Shown: positions 9,918 to 19,545, counted from the first letter of the stretch. The stretch is 49,440 nt of DNA from a virus (IMGVR_UViG_3300033076_000596:1-49440), one strand, 5' to 3'. Notes: generated by a model from the letters alone, not told the origin. A program made the numbers and translations.

Positions 9918-10125
9918 GATCCGCGACCTGTTGAAGACGGTCTTCGATGCGCAGAAGGTGTGTCATCATCACGTCGAAACGACGGTCAATCAAGTCAAAC
10001 TTTTCATCGCCGAATTGCAAACGCGACTCCAGCTTCGTCAGCCGGGTATTCAGATTCGTCCACACGCCAATGAGAGCGCCGACGAATGAGAGGACAGTAA
10101 CAATCGTGTTGATGTCGATCTGCAT
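9907..10125 (-). CDS. Single-TM coiled-coil protein (holin-like)
   Basis: 72 aa; N-terminal TM followed by a heptad helix. Confidence 0.6.
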   Translation of the reverse strand: MQIDINTIVTVLSFVGALIGVWTNLNTRLTKLESRLQFGDEKFDLIDRRFDVMMTHLLRIEDRLQQVADRGK

Positions 10126-10487
10126 TATTTCAGGTTCCGCAGCTTATAGATGGCCGACAGATATACACCTGTCAGGGTATCAATCAGGTTAGCGACAGCC
10201 CGATTGCCCTGACAGATGTCCTCATGATGCTCTTCAATCCATTTGGCGTCAGCCTCAAGGCACTTCAGGACATCCTTCTGCATGTCCGTTGGCGCAGGGA
10301 TATTGCCGATGAGGTCGAACGCGCCCTGATAGGCTTCCACCAGCGGGTCGATTGCGTCGATAACGCCGTCATAAAACTCGCCCAGAGCCATGTGACGGGC
10401 AAAGCTGCCATCCCCCTTAGCGCGCCAGTGTGCGAAGTGAGCAAGGTTGCGGGCGTAGAATACGCGGGAGATGAGCTGCTCAATCAT
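10125..10487 (-). CDS. Ferritin/Dps-like four-helix protein (DUF5856-like)
   Basis: H..HW......F..H.ALGEFY......D.LVEAYQG resembles the Dps ferroxidase-site signature. Confidence 0.7.
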   Translation of the reverse strand: MIEQLISRVFYARNLAHFAHWRAKGDGSFARHMALGEFYDGVIDAIDPLVEAYQGAFDLIGNIPAPTDMQKDVLKCLEADAKWIEEHHEDICQGNRAVANLIDTLTGVYLSAIYKLRNLK

Positions 10488-11104
10488 CAGGCGATCCGTT
10501 CAGCTACTGTGATAACAGACGGAATGGCCGGGGCAATTGCACCAGCAGCCGTATAATCGATTGTGACACCAGCGTTCTCAGGAAGCCACATGATTTCAAT
10601 GTACTGCCCGGCTGTCACCTGCTCATAGAACACAATCTGAAAGAATCCAGCGCCACCATCCGCCAGCTTAGGAACACTTGTGATTGTTGCCGAGTTTGCG
10701 ATGTCAGTTCCGTTCTTGCGGAACCATACGGTTGCGTCATGATCGCTGCTGTCTGAGTTCTTAAACTGAATGCTTGGTGCAATCATGTACGTTCCAGCAG
10801 CCGCGAAGGTAATCCGTGTCGGAACACCAGATCCGTTATTAGCCACCGAGATGCCGGCACTAAATGCTGTGGTGTTCATCTTTACCGCCGTCGCCGCCGA
10901 GATACTCCCCGTCTGGTCAGACGTGTCATATGCCGAGATATAGGCGCGCCCTGCAAGCGAAGCGTAAGGAACCGCTGTTGCCGAGTTGGCAATGTCAGAC
11001 GCCGCAGCTTTCACACTCGAACCAGCCTGCACGATCTCAAGCAGTTCGGTCCCAGCAAGCGGCGTGGAGGCCGCTGTCATGTCCGTGATTTTGACGTTTG
11101 CCAT
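10487..11104 (-). CDS. Short fibre/spike protein with C1q/BclA-like C-terminal domain
   Basis: N-terminus MANVKITDMTAASTPLAGTELLEIVQ; beta-sandwich pattern RITFAAAGTYMI...VWFRKNG...GQYIEIMW. Confidence 0.6.
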   Translation of the reverse strand: MANVKITDMTAASTPLAGTELLEIVQAGSSVKAAASDIANSATAVPYASLAGRAYISAYDTSDQTGSISAATAVKMNTTAFSAGISVANNGSGVPTRITFAAAGTYMIAPSIQFKNSDSSDHDATVWFRKNGTDIANSATITSVPKLADGGAGFFQIVFYEQVTAGQYIEIMWLPENAGVTIDYTAAGAIAPAIPSVITVAERIA

Positions 11105-11135
11105 TAGGGCCTCCTTAGTGGCGCTATATCATGAG

Positions 11136-14100
11136 TTAGAATGTCGGGAAAGCCTGTGTTGGCGGCGTAAAGTTGGACGTGTAGCGGGCGTAGCCTTTGG
11201 TCACACGAAGATCGTCCATATAGCCGCTGAGAGCGTAAGTAGCGCCTGTAGTGTCCTTCGGCTGTCCAATACGCAGCAATCCAGCAGTGCAGTTCGTTGT
11301 CCATGTCGTACTGCCAACATTGACGCCATCTTGGAATAGCCGCAATGTTCCGCTGCTTCTGGTCACGGCAACGTGATACCAGACGCCCGTAGTAACGGTT
11401 GTGCTTGCCCTGATTGGGGTGCTGCCGTCAGCGCGAACCCCAATAGCTGAACTTTCGACGTTGAGGAAAAAGCCGTCGCCAGACCCAAAGTTGTTAAAGG
11501 TGATAATCGTGGGTGAGCCTGAGACAGAATTGAAATACAGCCACATCTCGACTGTGAAGTCACCCGTCCCAAACGCGCTGTCTTTTGAAGATGCGGCAGG
11601 GATGTCAAGGAACCCACCTGTGCCATTGAAAAACGCTGACGATCCGCCAAACTTAGATATGTTAGTTACTACCTGCGCGCCGCTGACAGTCTCCATGTCG
11701 TTGATCGCCGTCGCATCGTAGATGCCAGCGTTCATGCCGTTGACGAGGAGGGTTGTGTTGGCAGTTGGCGTAAGTGGGGCAGTTGGAACAGTGTATGTGC
11801 TGGAGGTTGGATTGTAAACTGCCGACCCTTTAACAATACGGACATCAGACATGTACGCATTAAAATTGTAGCTTCCTCCAGCTTCTGCAAAAATAGTTGC
11901 ACTCCCAGTAGCAAAATTCGTTCCGCCAGATGCGGTGGTAGCTACTCGAACTCCATTCAGAAATAGCGATAGGTTTGATCCACTGCGGCTAACAGCGACG
12001 TGGTTCCACATGCGAAGTGTCGGAATTGTGGAGCTGCGCACAATCCATGCTGTGTTTGCGGCGGCAATACCCCACTGACCCGTATCGTCCATGCCAATCT
12101 GAGCGCCGTTTGTGACGTTATTTCGCCAAAATGTGTTAAGAGTTCCAAGCGCCAATGGGTATAGCCAACATTCCCAAGTAAAATCACTAGTGCCCATCGC
12201 AAGAAGTGGGCTTGATGGCAGTGTTAAATAATCTCCGCTACCATCGCTGTACATCGACCCGCCGTTGCTGGCGATGGTGGCCGTGTAGAAGGGATCGAAG
12301 GACTGAGCCGAAACATCACCGTTACGGGTGATGGTGAAGTTGTTAGTGCTGTTGTCGATGAACCGACCATTCTGACAGGTGAGAAGCGACGTGTTGGTGA
12401 TTGCAGTGAGAGGTGTTGTAGGTGGCGTAAACGCAGATGTGTAGACCGCAGTTCCTTTGACAAGGCGCGCGTTTGAAACATATCCTGTAATCGCGCCCTC
12501 ACCCGTGGCAGAAGTTACAGGTCCGCCTATCCCAAGCGTTGCAGATGACCCAACAATGTCGGACGCTGAGATTGTTTGCGTGGCACGCAAAACGCCGTCA
12601 ACATAGACCCTTAGCGTCGTAGAGTTTTCACGGACAAATGCTAAATGGTGCCAAGCACCATCATTTATGCTAACGCCAGTCGTAATATCGTACCAGCCGC
12701 TTGCGTATCGCAGAGTGACCGCCGCCTGATTGCTGTTACTAAACCGCGAGCGAAGCGCCCAATCGCCGGTAGTATTAAAATTTGCCCCCCATTTGCCAAT
12801 AATGGTGCTGTGCGTTGTGCCGGTGGTGACGTTTGAATTAAACCAGCATTCAACCGTAAAGTTGCCCGTGCCAAACTGAAGCGCGGCATTATCTGCGACT
12901 GACAGGTAATCCCCAGACCCATCAAAATAGTTCGACCAATACCCCACCGTGTTGAACGGCGAGTTGCCGGTAACGGTTACTTCACCTGTCGGTGTGATGA
13001 CGAAGTTGTTTGTGCTGTTGTCCGTAAAGGCAGCACTTTGGCAAGTCAGCAGGGACGTTCCACTAACAGCCGTAAGGTTGGTTGTCGGTGGCGTAAAATT
13101 GCTAGTGTAAAGAGCGGTGCCTTTAACCACACGGAGATTAGAGACGTTCCCTAATCCCCATTCATTAGCCGTTGAAGAACCAATTCTCACGGCGTGGCTG
13201 GATATGTCAGTGGTGTACGACCCAGAAAAACCTTGCACGCCGTTGATGAATATCCGCAATGTCCCACTGCTACGAGTAACAGCCACGTGAAACCACGTGT
13301 TGTAGCCGGGATTAATCCCGCTGTCGTAAAACCCATTTGAATACACTTGGATCGTTGAAGACGCGCCCGAATAGGAGAAGAGCGTGAACGACACGCCAGA
13401 TGCAGAATATCCGCACCAGAAGTTAGCCGACGATCCGCGATAGCCCCAGCATTCTATGGTAAAATCACCAGTGCCATAGTTAAAAGCGGAACTGCTAGGG
13501 ACGGTTAAATAGTCTCCATTCCCATCAAAGTAGTTTGACCAATTTGCGATGTCGCTCTGATTGTAGGTGATGCCGGGGTTGCCGGGAGAGAATGGCGCGA
13601 AGTCGGTGACTGTGACACTGCCCGTACTGGCAACAGTATAGTTATTAGTGCTGGCATCGCGGAAGCGGTTGCTCTGACACGTGAGAAGCGAAGTGCCGCT
13701 GATTGCGGTAAGTGCAGATGTGGGCGGCGTAAAGTTAGACGTATACACCGCTGTACCAACAACCATGCGAACATTGGATTGATAGCATGGGTTTCCGTTT
13801 GTAGCTCCACCATATCCACGATTTAACTGAAACGGACCGCCAGTGAATGTTTTTCCAGCATAGGAGCCTGTCGCAACGGAAGTACCGTTCACATACGTGG
13901 TGGAATTGGATGAGTTAGAAACAAGCGCAATATGCACCCACGTGTTTGCGGCCACCACCCCAGACGATGATGCTGAAATGTTGCCGTTAGAGTAGAAATT
14001 TAGGCCGCCACTCGAGGTGAGATATAGGAACCAACAGGACGCTGTGTCTGCTGTACCTTGCGCAAAAATAGTTCCGCCGGGAAGAGATGTGAAATAGAAC

Positions 14101-14489
14101 CAGCCCTCTACAGTCCACGTTCCTGTTCCAGTTGCAGGGCCACTTATCTGAAGGTAGTCAGATGATCCAAAATAGTTTGACCAGTTCGCGCTGTATGGCG
14201 TTGCACTACCCTGCCTCGTGTTGCCGCTACGGCTGATCGGATTAAACGCGCCACTGCTGTCCACAAACAGGTTATTGTTTGCGTTGCCCAGAGATGTAGT
14301 TGAGAGCAGCAGGGTGACATACGGGAAGTATGGATCAGCCCCCGTAACACCCTGCGTCGGCCAAACACCTTGCTTTAGCCAATAAGACACCTCGTCCATC
14401 CGCCACATACCGGGAGCAGAGCCAGTTTGGACGGGGCCGGTCGGGGTTGCCGGGTTTTTGGTTATGATGTTGGCCTGATAATTACTCAT
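11136..14489 (-). CDS. Large virion protein with five tandem LamG/concanavalin A-like domains
   Basis: Five repeats of FGTGDFTVECW...WxHVAVxR..G....F.NG...SN.R.VKG.A.YT..FTPPT. Confidence 0.85.
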   Translation of the reverse strand: MSNYQANIITKNPATPTGPVQTGSAPGMWRMDEVSYWLKQGVWPTQGVTGADPYFPYVTLLLSTTSLGNANNNLFVDSSGAFNPISRSGNTRQGSATPYSANWSNYFGSSDYLQISGPATGTGTWTVEGWFYFTSLPGGTIFAQGTADTASCWFLYLTSSGGLNFYSNGNISASSSGVVAANTWVHIALVSNSSNSTTYVNGTSVATGSYAGKTFTGGPFQLNRGYGGATNGNPCYQSNVRMVVGTAVYTSNFTPPTSALTAISGTSLLTCQSNRFRDASTNNYTVASTGSVTVTDFAPFSPGNPGITYNQSDIANWSNYFDGNGDYLTVPSSSAFNYGTGDFTIECWGYRGSSANFWCGYSASGVSFTLFSYSGASSTIQVYSNGFYDSGINPGYNTWFHVAVTRSSGTLRIFINGVQGFSGSYTTDISSHAVRIGSSTANEWGLGNVSNLRVVKGTALYTSNFTPPTTNLTAVSGTSLLTCQSAAFTDNSTNNFVITPTGEVTVTGNSPFNTVGYWSNYFDGSGDYLSVADNAALQFGTGNFTVECWFNSNVTTGTTHSTIIGKWGANFNTTGDWALRSRFSNSNQAAVTLRYASGWYDITTGVSINDGAWHHLAFVRENSTTLRVYVDGVLRATQTISASDIVGSSATLGIGGPVTSATGEGAITGYVSNARLVKGTAVYTSAFTPPTTPLTAITNTSLLTCQNGRFIDNSTNNFTITRNGDVSAQSFDPFYTATIASNGGSMYSDGSGDYLTLPSSPLLAMGTSDFTWECWLYPLALGTLNTFWRNNVTNGAQIGMDDTGQWGIAAANTAWIVRSSTIPTLRMWNHVAVSRSGSNLSLFLNGVRVATTASGGTNFATGSATIFAEAGGSYNFNAYMSDVRIVKGSAVYNPTSSTYTVPTAPLTPTANTTLLVNGMNAGIYDATAINDMETVSGAQVVTNISKFGGSSAFFNGTGGFLDIPAASSKDSAFGTGDFTVEMWLYFNSVSGSPTIITFNNFGSGDGFFLNVESSAIGVRADGSTPIRASTTVTTGVWYHVAVTRSSGTLRLFQDGVNVGSTTWTTNCTAGLLRIGQPKDTTGATYALSGYMDDLRVTKGYARYTSNFTPPTQAFPTF

Positions 14490-14824
14490 GTTCGCTCAAC
14501 CCAAGAAAGTGTTTCTTCGTCCCAGAGATATAATGCACCATCTTCGGGGTAAGGTACAGGCGCGATCCATAAGCAGCTATCTTCGTTCAGTGACCAACTT
14601 GGATAAGGCTGCGGAGGTATGAAAGCATCGCGCTCTGCGTCATAAGCATACCCAATACCAGCAAAGTTTTTGCGTAACGGACGCCCGTCAGGATGCTGGC
14701 CGCCTTGAGTATTATATGAGGTTTGAACCCAACCATCACCAAAAAGGCCGCTATCAATCACGTCCTGTTCAGCCACAATGACCTGAGTGACAATCCCGTC
14801 TTCAACCTTTGCAAAGTGAGCCAT
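14486..14824 (-). CDS. Putative tail-fibre assembly/partner protein
   Basis: Probable start MAHFAKV; WVQTSYN...RKNFAGIGY.YD...DAFIPPQPYPSW...W.APVPYP; follows the Gly-rich fibre gene. Confidence 0.6.
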   Translation of the reverse strand: MAHFAKVEDGIVTQVIVAEQDVIDSGLFGDGWVQTSYNTQGGQHPDGRPLRKNFAGIGYAYDAERDAFIPPQPYPSWSLNEDSCLWIAPVPYPEDGALYLWDEETLSWVERT

Positions 14825-14832
14825 TGCAAACC

Positions 14833-16032
14833 TCAATATGTGATTGAGCCAGAAGTGGTGAACGTGTAAATCGTGTACCCTCCGCTCGTTGTTACAGTTG
14901 GTGAGCCAGTTGTAGAGGCCGCCGCCTGCGTGGCGCGAATGACAACCACACCAGAGCCACCATTACCGCCGTAGATACCGTAAGTATCGCCGCGATTGCC
15001 GCCACCGCCGCCGCCAGTATTGGCTGTGCCGCTTGTTGCGTTTGTGCTTGAGAATGTGGCGTTGCCTGCGCCACCGCCCCCACTGCCGCCTGCGCCACCC
15101 GTACTACCCCCAGAGCCACCGCCCCCGCCAGCGTATGTAACTGAAGAGCCGGTTATTGACGACGCAAGACCAGCACCGCCAGCGCCACCTCTGTTGCCTC
15201 CAGAGTAAAACCCGTTTTGGCCTGCCGCACTAGCGCCACCACCGCCACCGGCACATTCTTGTATACCAGTGCCGCCTGCGTTCCCTTGCCCGCTAACACC
15301 CGCGCCGCCAGTTGATGCGCCAGAACCTTCACCTGCACCGCCGCCGCCGGAGCCGCCAGAAGCGCCAGTTTGGGCAGTGCTGTATGAGCCACCCCCGCCA
15401 CCGCCTGTTGTGCTGACCCCCAAAGCAGACGATGAGGTACCATTCCCGCCACGAACAAAAGCTTCAAATACAGACCCTGCGCCGCCGCCGCCAACCGTCA
15501 CGGCGTATGTAGTCCCCGGCGTCAGTGTGGTTGATCCAGTCAACATACCGCCTGCGCCACCGCCGCCGCCGACAGTACCGCTACCACCTCCGCCACCAGC
15601 AACGACGAGATATTCTGCCGTGACAGTGCCAACAGGCGTAACGCTGTTGCTTGCGGCGCTAGATGATCCGCTAAGACCAGCCGAATTAGTAGCGCGAACC
15701 GTGAACGTGTAGGCCGTTCCGTTTGTCAGACCAGAAACCGTAACTGGAGACGAAGATCCTGTACCAGTGATGTTACCGGGGCTAGATGTCACTGTGTAGC
15801 TTGTAATTGACGCAGGATAGCCTGCGTCAGCCGGTGCCGTAAAAGCAACGGTTGCCAGAGCGTTTCCTGCGGTTGCGGTGCCAATAGTAGGAGCGCCCGG
15901 ACCGCGCGGCCACAAAGACTGGCCGATTGCCTGAAACTGCTGCTCAATGGTGGACACGCCGTATGTGTTCGGCGGAATGCCGAGTGCGGGAGGATTAGCC
16001 GTTAAGAAGCCGCCACGATAACGCCGGGACAT
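14833..16032 (-). CDS. FN3-domain plus glycine-rich putative receptor-binding protein
   Basis: FN3 pattern (PGAPTIG...VAFTAP...SYTVT...VSGLTNGTAYTFTVRATN) followed by a YLVVAGGGGG...GGSGVVVIR Gly-rich domain. Confidence 0.8.
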   Translation of the reverse strand: MSRRYRGGFLTANPPALGIPPNTYGVSTIEQQFQAIGQSLWPRGPGAPTIGTATAGNALATVAFTAPADAGYPASITSYTVTSSPGNITGTGSSSPVTVSGLTNGTAYTFTVRATNSAGLSGSSSAASNSVTPVGTVTAEYLVVAGGGGGSGTVGGGGGAGGMLTGSTTLTPGTTYAVTVGGGGAGSVFEAFVRGGNGTSSSALGVSTTGGGGGGSYSTAQTGASGGSGGGGAGEGSGASTGGAGVSGQGNAGGTGIQECAGGGGGASAAGQNGFYSGGNRGGAGGAGLASSITGSSVTYAGGGGGSGGSTGGAGGSGGGGAGNATFSSTNATSGTANTGGGGGGNRGDTYGIYGGNGGSGVVVIRATQAAASTTGSPTVTTSGGYTIYTFTTSGSITY

Positions 16033-16043
16033 TAGCTATCCCC

Positions 16044-16439
16044 TTAGCTGAGTTCTTCGTAACTTACGGTATATGCAATCCCACTGGCGGTGCCAGATGT
16101 CACGACAATGCTCGTGCCTTCCTCAAGGTAAATCTGCGTGGTCTTATCTACCACGATCAGAGAAGCATCTGCAGGAACCGATACGGTTGAAGCAATCGGG
16201 TATGCCGTCCCGCCAGAAGGCGCTGAGCCTTGGGCGACGGCACCGTTCGTGTAAATTGAAACGGTGCAGTCGACAGCGTTGGTACCGTTCACGTTGGCTG
16301 CCACAATCTGATTGATCTTAAAGACCTTACCAGATGAAGCGGCGTTCGGCAGCAGAACGACAGCAGATGTCCCAGACGGGTTGTAATACGTCGTCTTGCC
16401 TGTTGCAGTCGTAAGACCAAGGATGTTTGGAGCCGCCAT
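16044..16439 (-). CDS. Small beta-rich virion protein (fibre-associated)
   Basis: 131 aa; sits between the long fibre and the receptor-binding genes. Confidence 0.6.
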   Translation of the reverse strand: MAAPNILGLTTATGKTTYYNPSGTSAVVLLPNAASSGKVFKINQIVAANVNGTNAVDCTVSIYTNGAVAQGSAPSGGTAYPIASTVSVPADASLIVVDKTTQIYLEEGTSIVVTSGTASGIAYTVSYEELS

Positions 16440-16449
16440 AATTCAGTCC

Positions 16450-19191
16450 TTATAGCCCGAAGAGGAAGTTAATGCCAGTGACCTTGGCTTGAGAGATGCC
16501 AGTTGCAGCAGGAGCCTGAGATACCCACGTTGTGCCATCGCTGACAAGCACGTTACCGTTAGCGCCCGGAGCCACCGTCTGAAGCGCGCTGGTGCCGTTA
16601 CCAAGTAGAACAGCGTTGGCCGACAAGGTGTTCGTGCCGATACCACCATTAGCGACGCCCAGTGTGCCAGTGACGCCCGTAGACAGCGGCAAGCCGGTTG
16701 CGTTGGTGAGCGTACCAGAAGACGGCGTGCCAAGGTCGCCACCATTGACGACAACAGAGCCGGCAGTGCCGACGTTGGTGCCAAGCGCTGATGCTACGTT
16801 GGTGCCAAGACCACTCACGCCCGTTGAGATCGGCAGGCCAGTCGCATTCGTCAGTGTCGCGGCAGAAGGCGTGCCAAGGTTCGGCGTGGTGAAGACTGGA
16901 GAGTTGGTCAGAGCCACATCGCCAGTGCCGCTTACCGCATAGCTCGTACCCCACGCAGAGCCAGTCGATACGGCGATGCCAGCAGCCGGATAGACCATGC
17001 TGCTTGGAGCTGGCCCCCACGTTGCAGTCGTGCCGTCAGATGTCAGGATGTAACCGTTAGCGCCGATTGCAAGGCGACCAGCAGTATTAGTGCCAGTGCC
17101 GATGATAAGGTCGCCAGTGGTGGTAATCGGGGACAGATTGTTAAAGGCGTCCGATGCGGTGGTTGCATTCGTACCACCTGATGCAATCGGCAGCGTACCA
17201 GTCGTCAGAGCCGATGTGGAGGTCGCATAGACCGCGCCACCAGATGTGAATGCTGTGAGGCCCGTACCGCCGTTTACGGTGGTTACAGGCGTAACAAGGC
17301 TGAACTCAGTGCCATTGGTGAGCTGCAGGCCGTTGCCAGCCGTGTAGAGCGTGGCGTCCGAAACCTGAACGAAGTTAATTGCTGTCGTACCAAAGGTAAT
17401 CGTACCTGTGGTATTCATCACATAAGTTTCACCAGCGCCCGTGTTACCTGACGTGATGAAGAACGCATCGCCTGCGCCAAGGCCGTTCGGGCTTTTCAGC
17501 GCATAGGTGTCAGCATCGCTGGTGCGGGTCAGAACCCAAGCCGTCGAACCGTTGCCGACAACCGTGACTTCATAGACGCCATTCTCAAACGCATTTGTCT
17601 GATTATAAATCAGAATGCGGTCGCCGACCTGAGCTGTTGGGCCATCAGGAGCAAATGCTGCAAGTGTGCCATTGTTGGTCAGCGTAGCGCCAACGCCAAC
17701 ACCGGGGCCACCCGGCTGGTTGTACAGCGCGTTAAGGTTGCCGGTGGTGTTCGGAACCTCGTACTTAACTGCCGTGTGATACGTGATGCCAGAGGACACC
17801 TGCGTATCTACGTAGGTCTTGTTAACGAGATCGTTCGCGCTTGTCGGCGTCGTGCTGACCGTACCAGAAGTCAGCGAAACCGACGTGAGTGTCGGCGTCA
17901 TGCTGTAGCTTGGATTGCCGCCGCTGTTGACCAGAACGCCTGTGCCAGCCGCCAAGAACGTCGTAGTGTCAGCCGCGCTTTGATACGGGATCGAACCAGC
18001 CAAACCACCATCAATGTTGGTAGCCGTGGTCGCGCTGGTCGCAGATGTCGCTGTGCCAACAGTAATCGATGCTGGGTTGATGTAATACGGAGCAGTGCCG
18101 TTTGATCCTAGCAGGTAGCCATTCGCGCCCACAGGCAGCTTATCGAGCTGTGTGGTGGTGTTGGCGAACAGGATGTCGCCGACAGAATAGCTGCCGATGC
18201 CGGTACCGCCGTTTACTGGAACGAGGATGCCGCCAAGGGTGATCGTGCCAGCGGCAATGATTGGGCCGCCGGATGTCGTAAGACCCGTTGTGCCGCCAGA
18301 CACGTCGACGCTGGTGACAGTACCGGCACCAGCCACAGCCTGCCAGATTACGTCGGTTTCGCCCGGGTTGATGAAGAGAGCCTTGCCAGCATTGCCTGTG
18401 TAAGACGGAAGTAAGTTCACGCGAGCGGCGGCTGCTGACGTTGCACCTGTGCCGCCCTTGTTCACCGGCAGCGTGCCAGTGAGATCCGACATGGGGATAG
18501 CGGCCACTGATGTGAACGGATTCAGGCCGTTGCCAAAGATGTAACCGCTGAGCGAGTCGTTAGCGCCCGTGCCGCCCTGTGTGATCGACAGCGGCGTGGT
18601 CAGGCCGGAGATGGACGTAATGTCTGAGTTCGCGCCAGACTTAGCTGCGCTGAGGTTGGCACGCGCTGCTGTGGCTGTAGTCGCCCCTGTGCCGCCGCTT
18701 GCGACGTTAAGGGTTCCACCCATGACAATCGTGCCATTGGTGGTGATCGGGCTGTTGGTGAAGTTCAGACCAGTCGCGCCGCCATCCACGCCGACAGACG
18801 TGACAGTGCCAAAGCCAGCGCCGCTGGCAGAGATGGTTATACCGCCAGAAGAGTTGCTGATGCTGATGCCAGAGCCAGCAGTGAGCGTGGCAAGCGTGTA
18901 ACCAGTGCCGTTACCAATCAGGAGCTGACCGTTCGTTGGCGTGGTGCCGAGGCCCGTACCGCCGTTTGCAATCGTAATAGCGCCGGAGAGTGCGCTGACA
19001 GCGACGTTGCCGCCTGTGATATTAACTGCGCTGGAGTTCTGCAGAGCCATGTCACCAAAGCCGAATGTCGATGGCGTGAGTTGGCTCAGGGCGATGCGGT
19101 AGTTTTCGTTCGCGAAGACAGCCGGGAACTCGACGTTGCCAGTAACGGCACCGACCCACGGCGTCATCTGGGAGATTTTAATGTCGGCCAC
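16450..19191 (-). CDS. Long tail fibre protein
   Basis: 913 aa, G/T/A-rich, with many L.V..GGTG repeats, a DRILI.NQT...ENG.Y.V...WVLTR..D domain and LGTPS..TLTNATGLP repeats; GTG start with AGGAG SD. Confidence 0.8.
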   Translation of the reverse strand: MADIKISQMTPWVGAVTGNVEFPAVFANENYRIALSQLTPSTFGFGDMALQNSSAVNITGGNVAVSALSGAITIANGGTGLGTTPTNGQLLIGNGTGYTLATLTAGSGISISNSSGGITISASGAGFGTVTSVGVDGGATGLNFTNSPITTNGTIVMGGTLNVASGGTGATTATAARANLSAAKSGANSDITSISGLTTPLSITQGGTGANDSLSGYIFGNGLNPFTSVAAIPMSDLTGTLPVNKGGTGATSAAAARVNLLPSYTGNAGKALFINPGETDVIWQAVAGAGTVTSVDVSGGTTGLTTSGGPIIAAGTITLGGILVPVNGGTGIGSYSVGDILFANTTTQLDKLPVGANGYLLGSNGTAPYYINPASITVGTATSATSATTATNIDGGLAGSIPYQSAADTTTFLAAGTGVLVNSGGNPSYSMTPTLTSVSLTSGTVSTTPTSANDLVNKTYVDTQVSSGITYHTAVKYEVPNTTGNLNALYNQPGGPGVGVGATLTNNGTLAAFAPDGPTAQVGDRILIYNQTNAFENGVYEVTVVGNGSTAWVLTRTSDADTYALKSPNGLGAGDAFFITSGNTGAGETYVMNTTGTITFGTTAINFVQVSDATLYTAGNGLQLTNGTEFSLVTPVTTVNGGTGLTAFTSGGAVYATSTSALTTGTLPIASGGTNATTASDAFNNLSPITTTGDLIIGTGTNTAGRLAIGANGYILTSDGTTATWGPAPSSMVYPAAGIAVSTGSAWGTSYAVSGTGDVALTNSPVFTTPNLGTPSAATLTNATGLPISTGVSGLGTNVASALGTNVGTAGSVVVNGGDLGTPSSGTLTNATGLPLSTGVTGTLGVANGGIGTNTLSANAVLLGNGTSALQTVAPGANGNVLVSDGTTWVSQAPAATGISQAKVTGINFLFGL

Positions 19192-19545
19192 TTAGCTCTC
19201 CTGAACGATAAATTCGTCGTCTTGCGTGAGAATGCGCTGTATACCATTCTCATCAAGAACGTAATAGGTCGGATTATAATCCGGGCGAGGATTGCGCACA
19301 GGCACAGGGTCGGGCTTCAGAAGCAGGCGGCGATAATACGGCTGAGGAACGTCATCGCAAGAAGCGCAAACATAAATGCCAAGCCCAACAGGGACCGAGC
19401 CACCACGATAGTCTTTCTTTTCGCGGAGGTGGGTGTGTTGCACGAGGAATCCGCAGCCGTCGCATATCGCGATTGCTCTTGGATCTTTTGCGTCGAATAC
19501 TGGTTGGGTTCTACGTTTACGTCCCCGTCCGAAACCGTACTGCAT
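19192..19545 (-). CDS. Putative Zn-binding virion protein (two CxxC) with acidic C-terminal motif
   Basis: CDGC and CASC; start at 19545 overlaps the upstream stop (TGATG). Confidence 0.65.
   Translation of the reverse strand: MQYGFGRGRKRRTQPVFDAKDPRAIAICDGCGFLVQHTHLREKKDYRGGSVPVGLGIYVCASCDDVPQPYYRRLLLKPDPVPVRNPRPDYNPTYYVLDENGIQRILTQDDEFIVQES

Noticed and set aside
2417-19191. Diversity-generating retroelement acting on fibre genes
   Set aside because: No reverse transcriptase in the window, and I saw no repeat pair differing only at adenines (not checked computationally).
19189-19194. Stop-codon readthrough fusing the Zn protein to the long fibre
   Set aside because: The stop is TAA and a good AGGAG SD precedes the GTG, so independent initiation is simpler.
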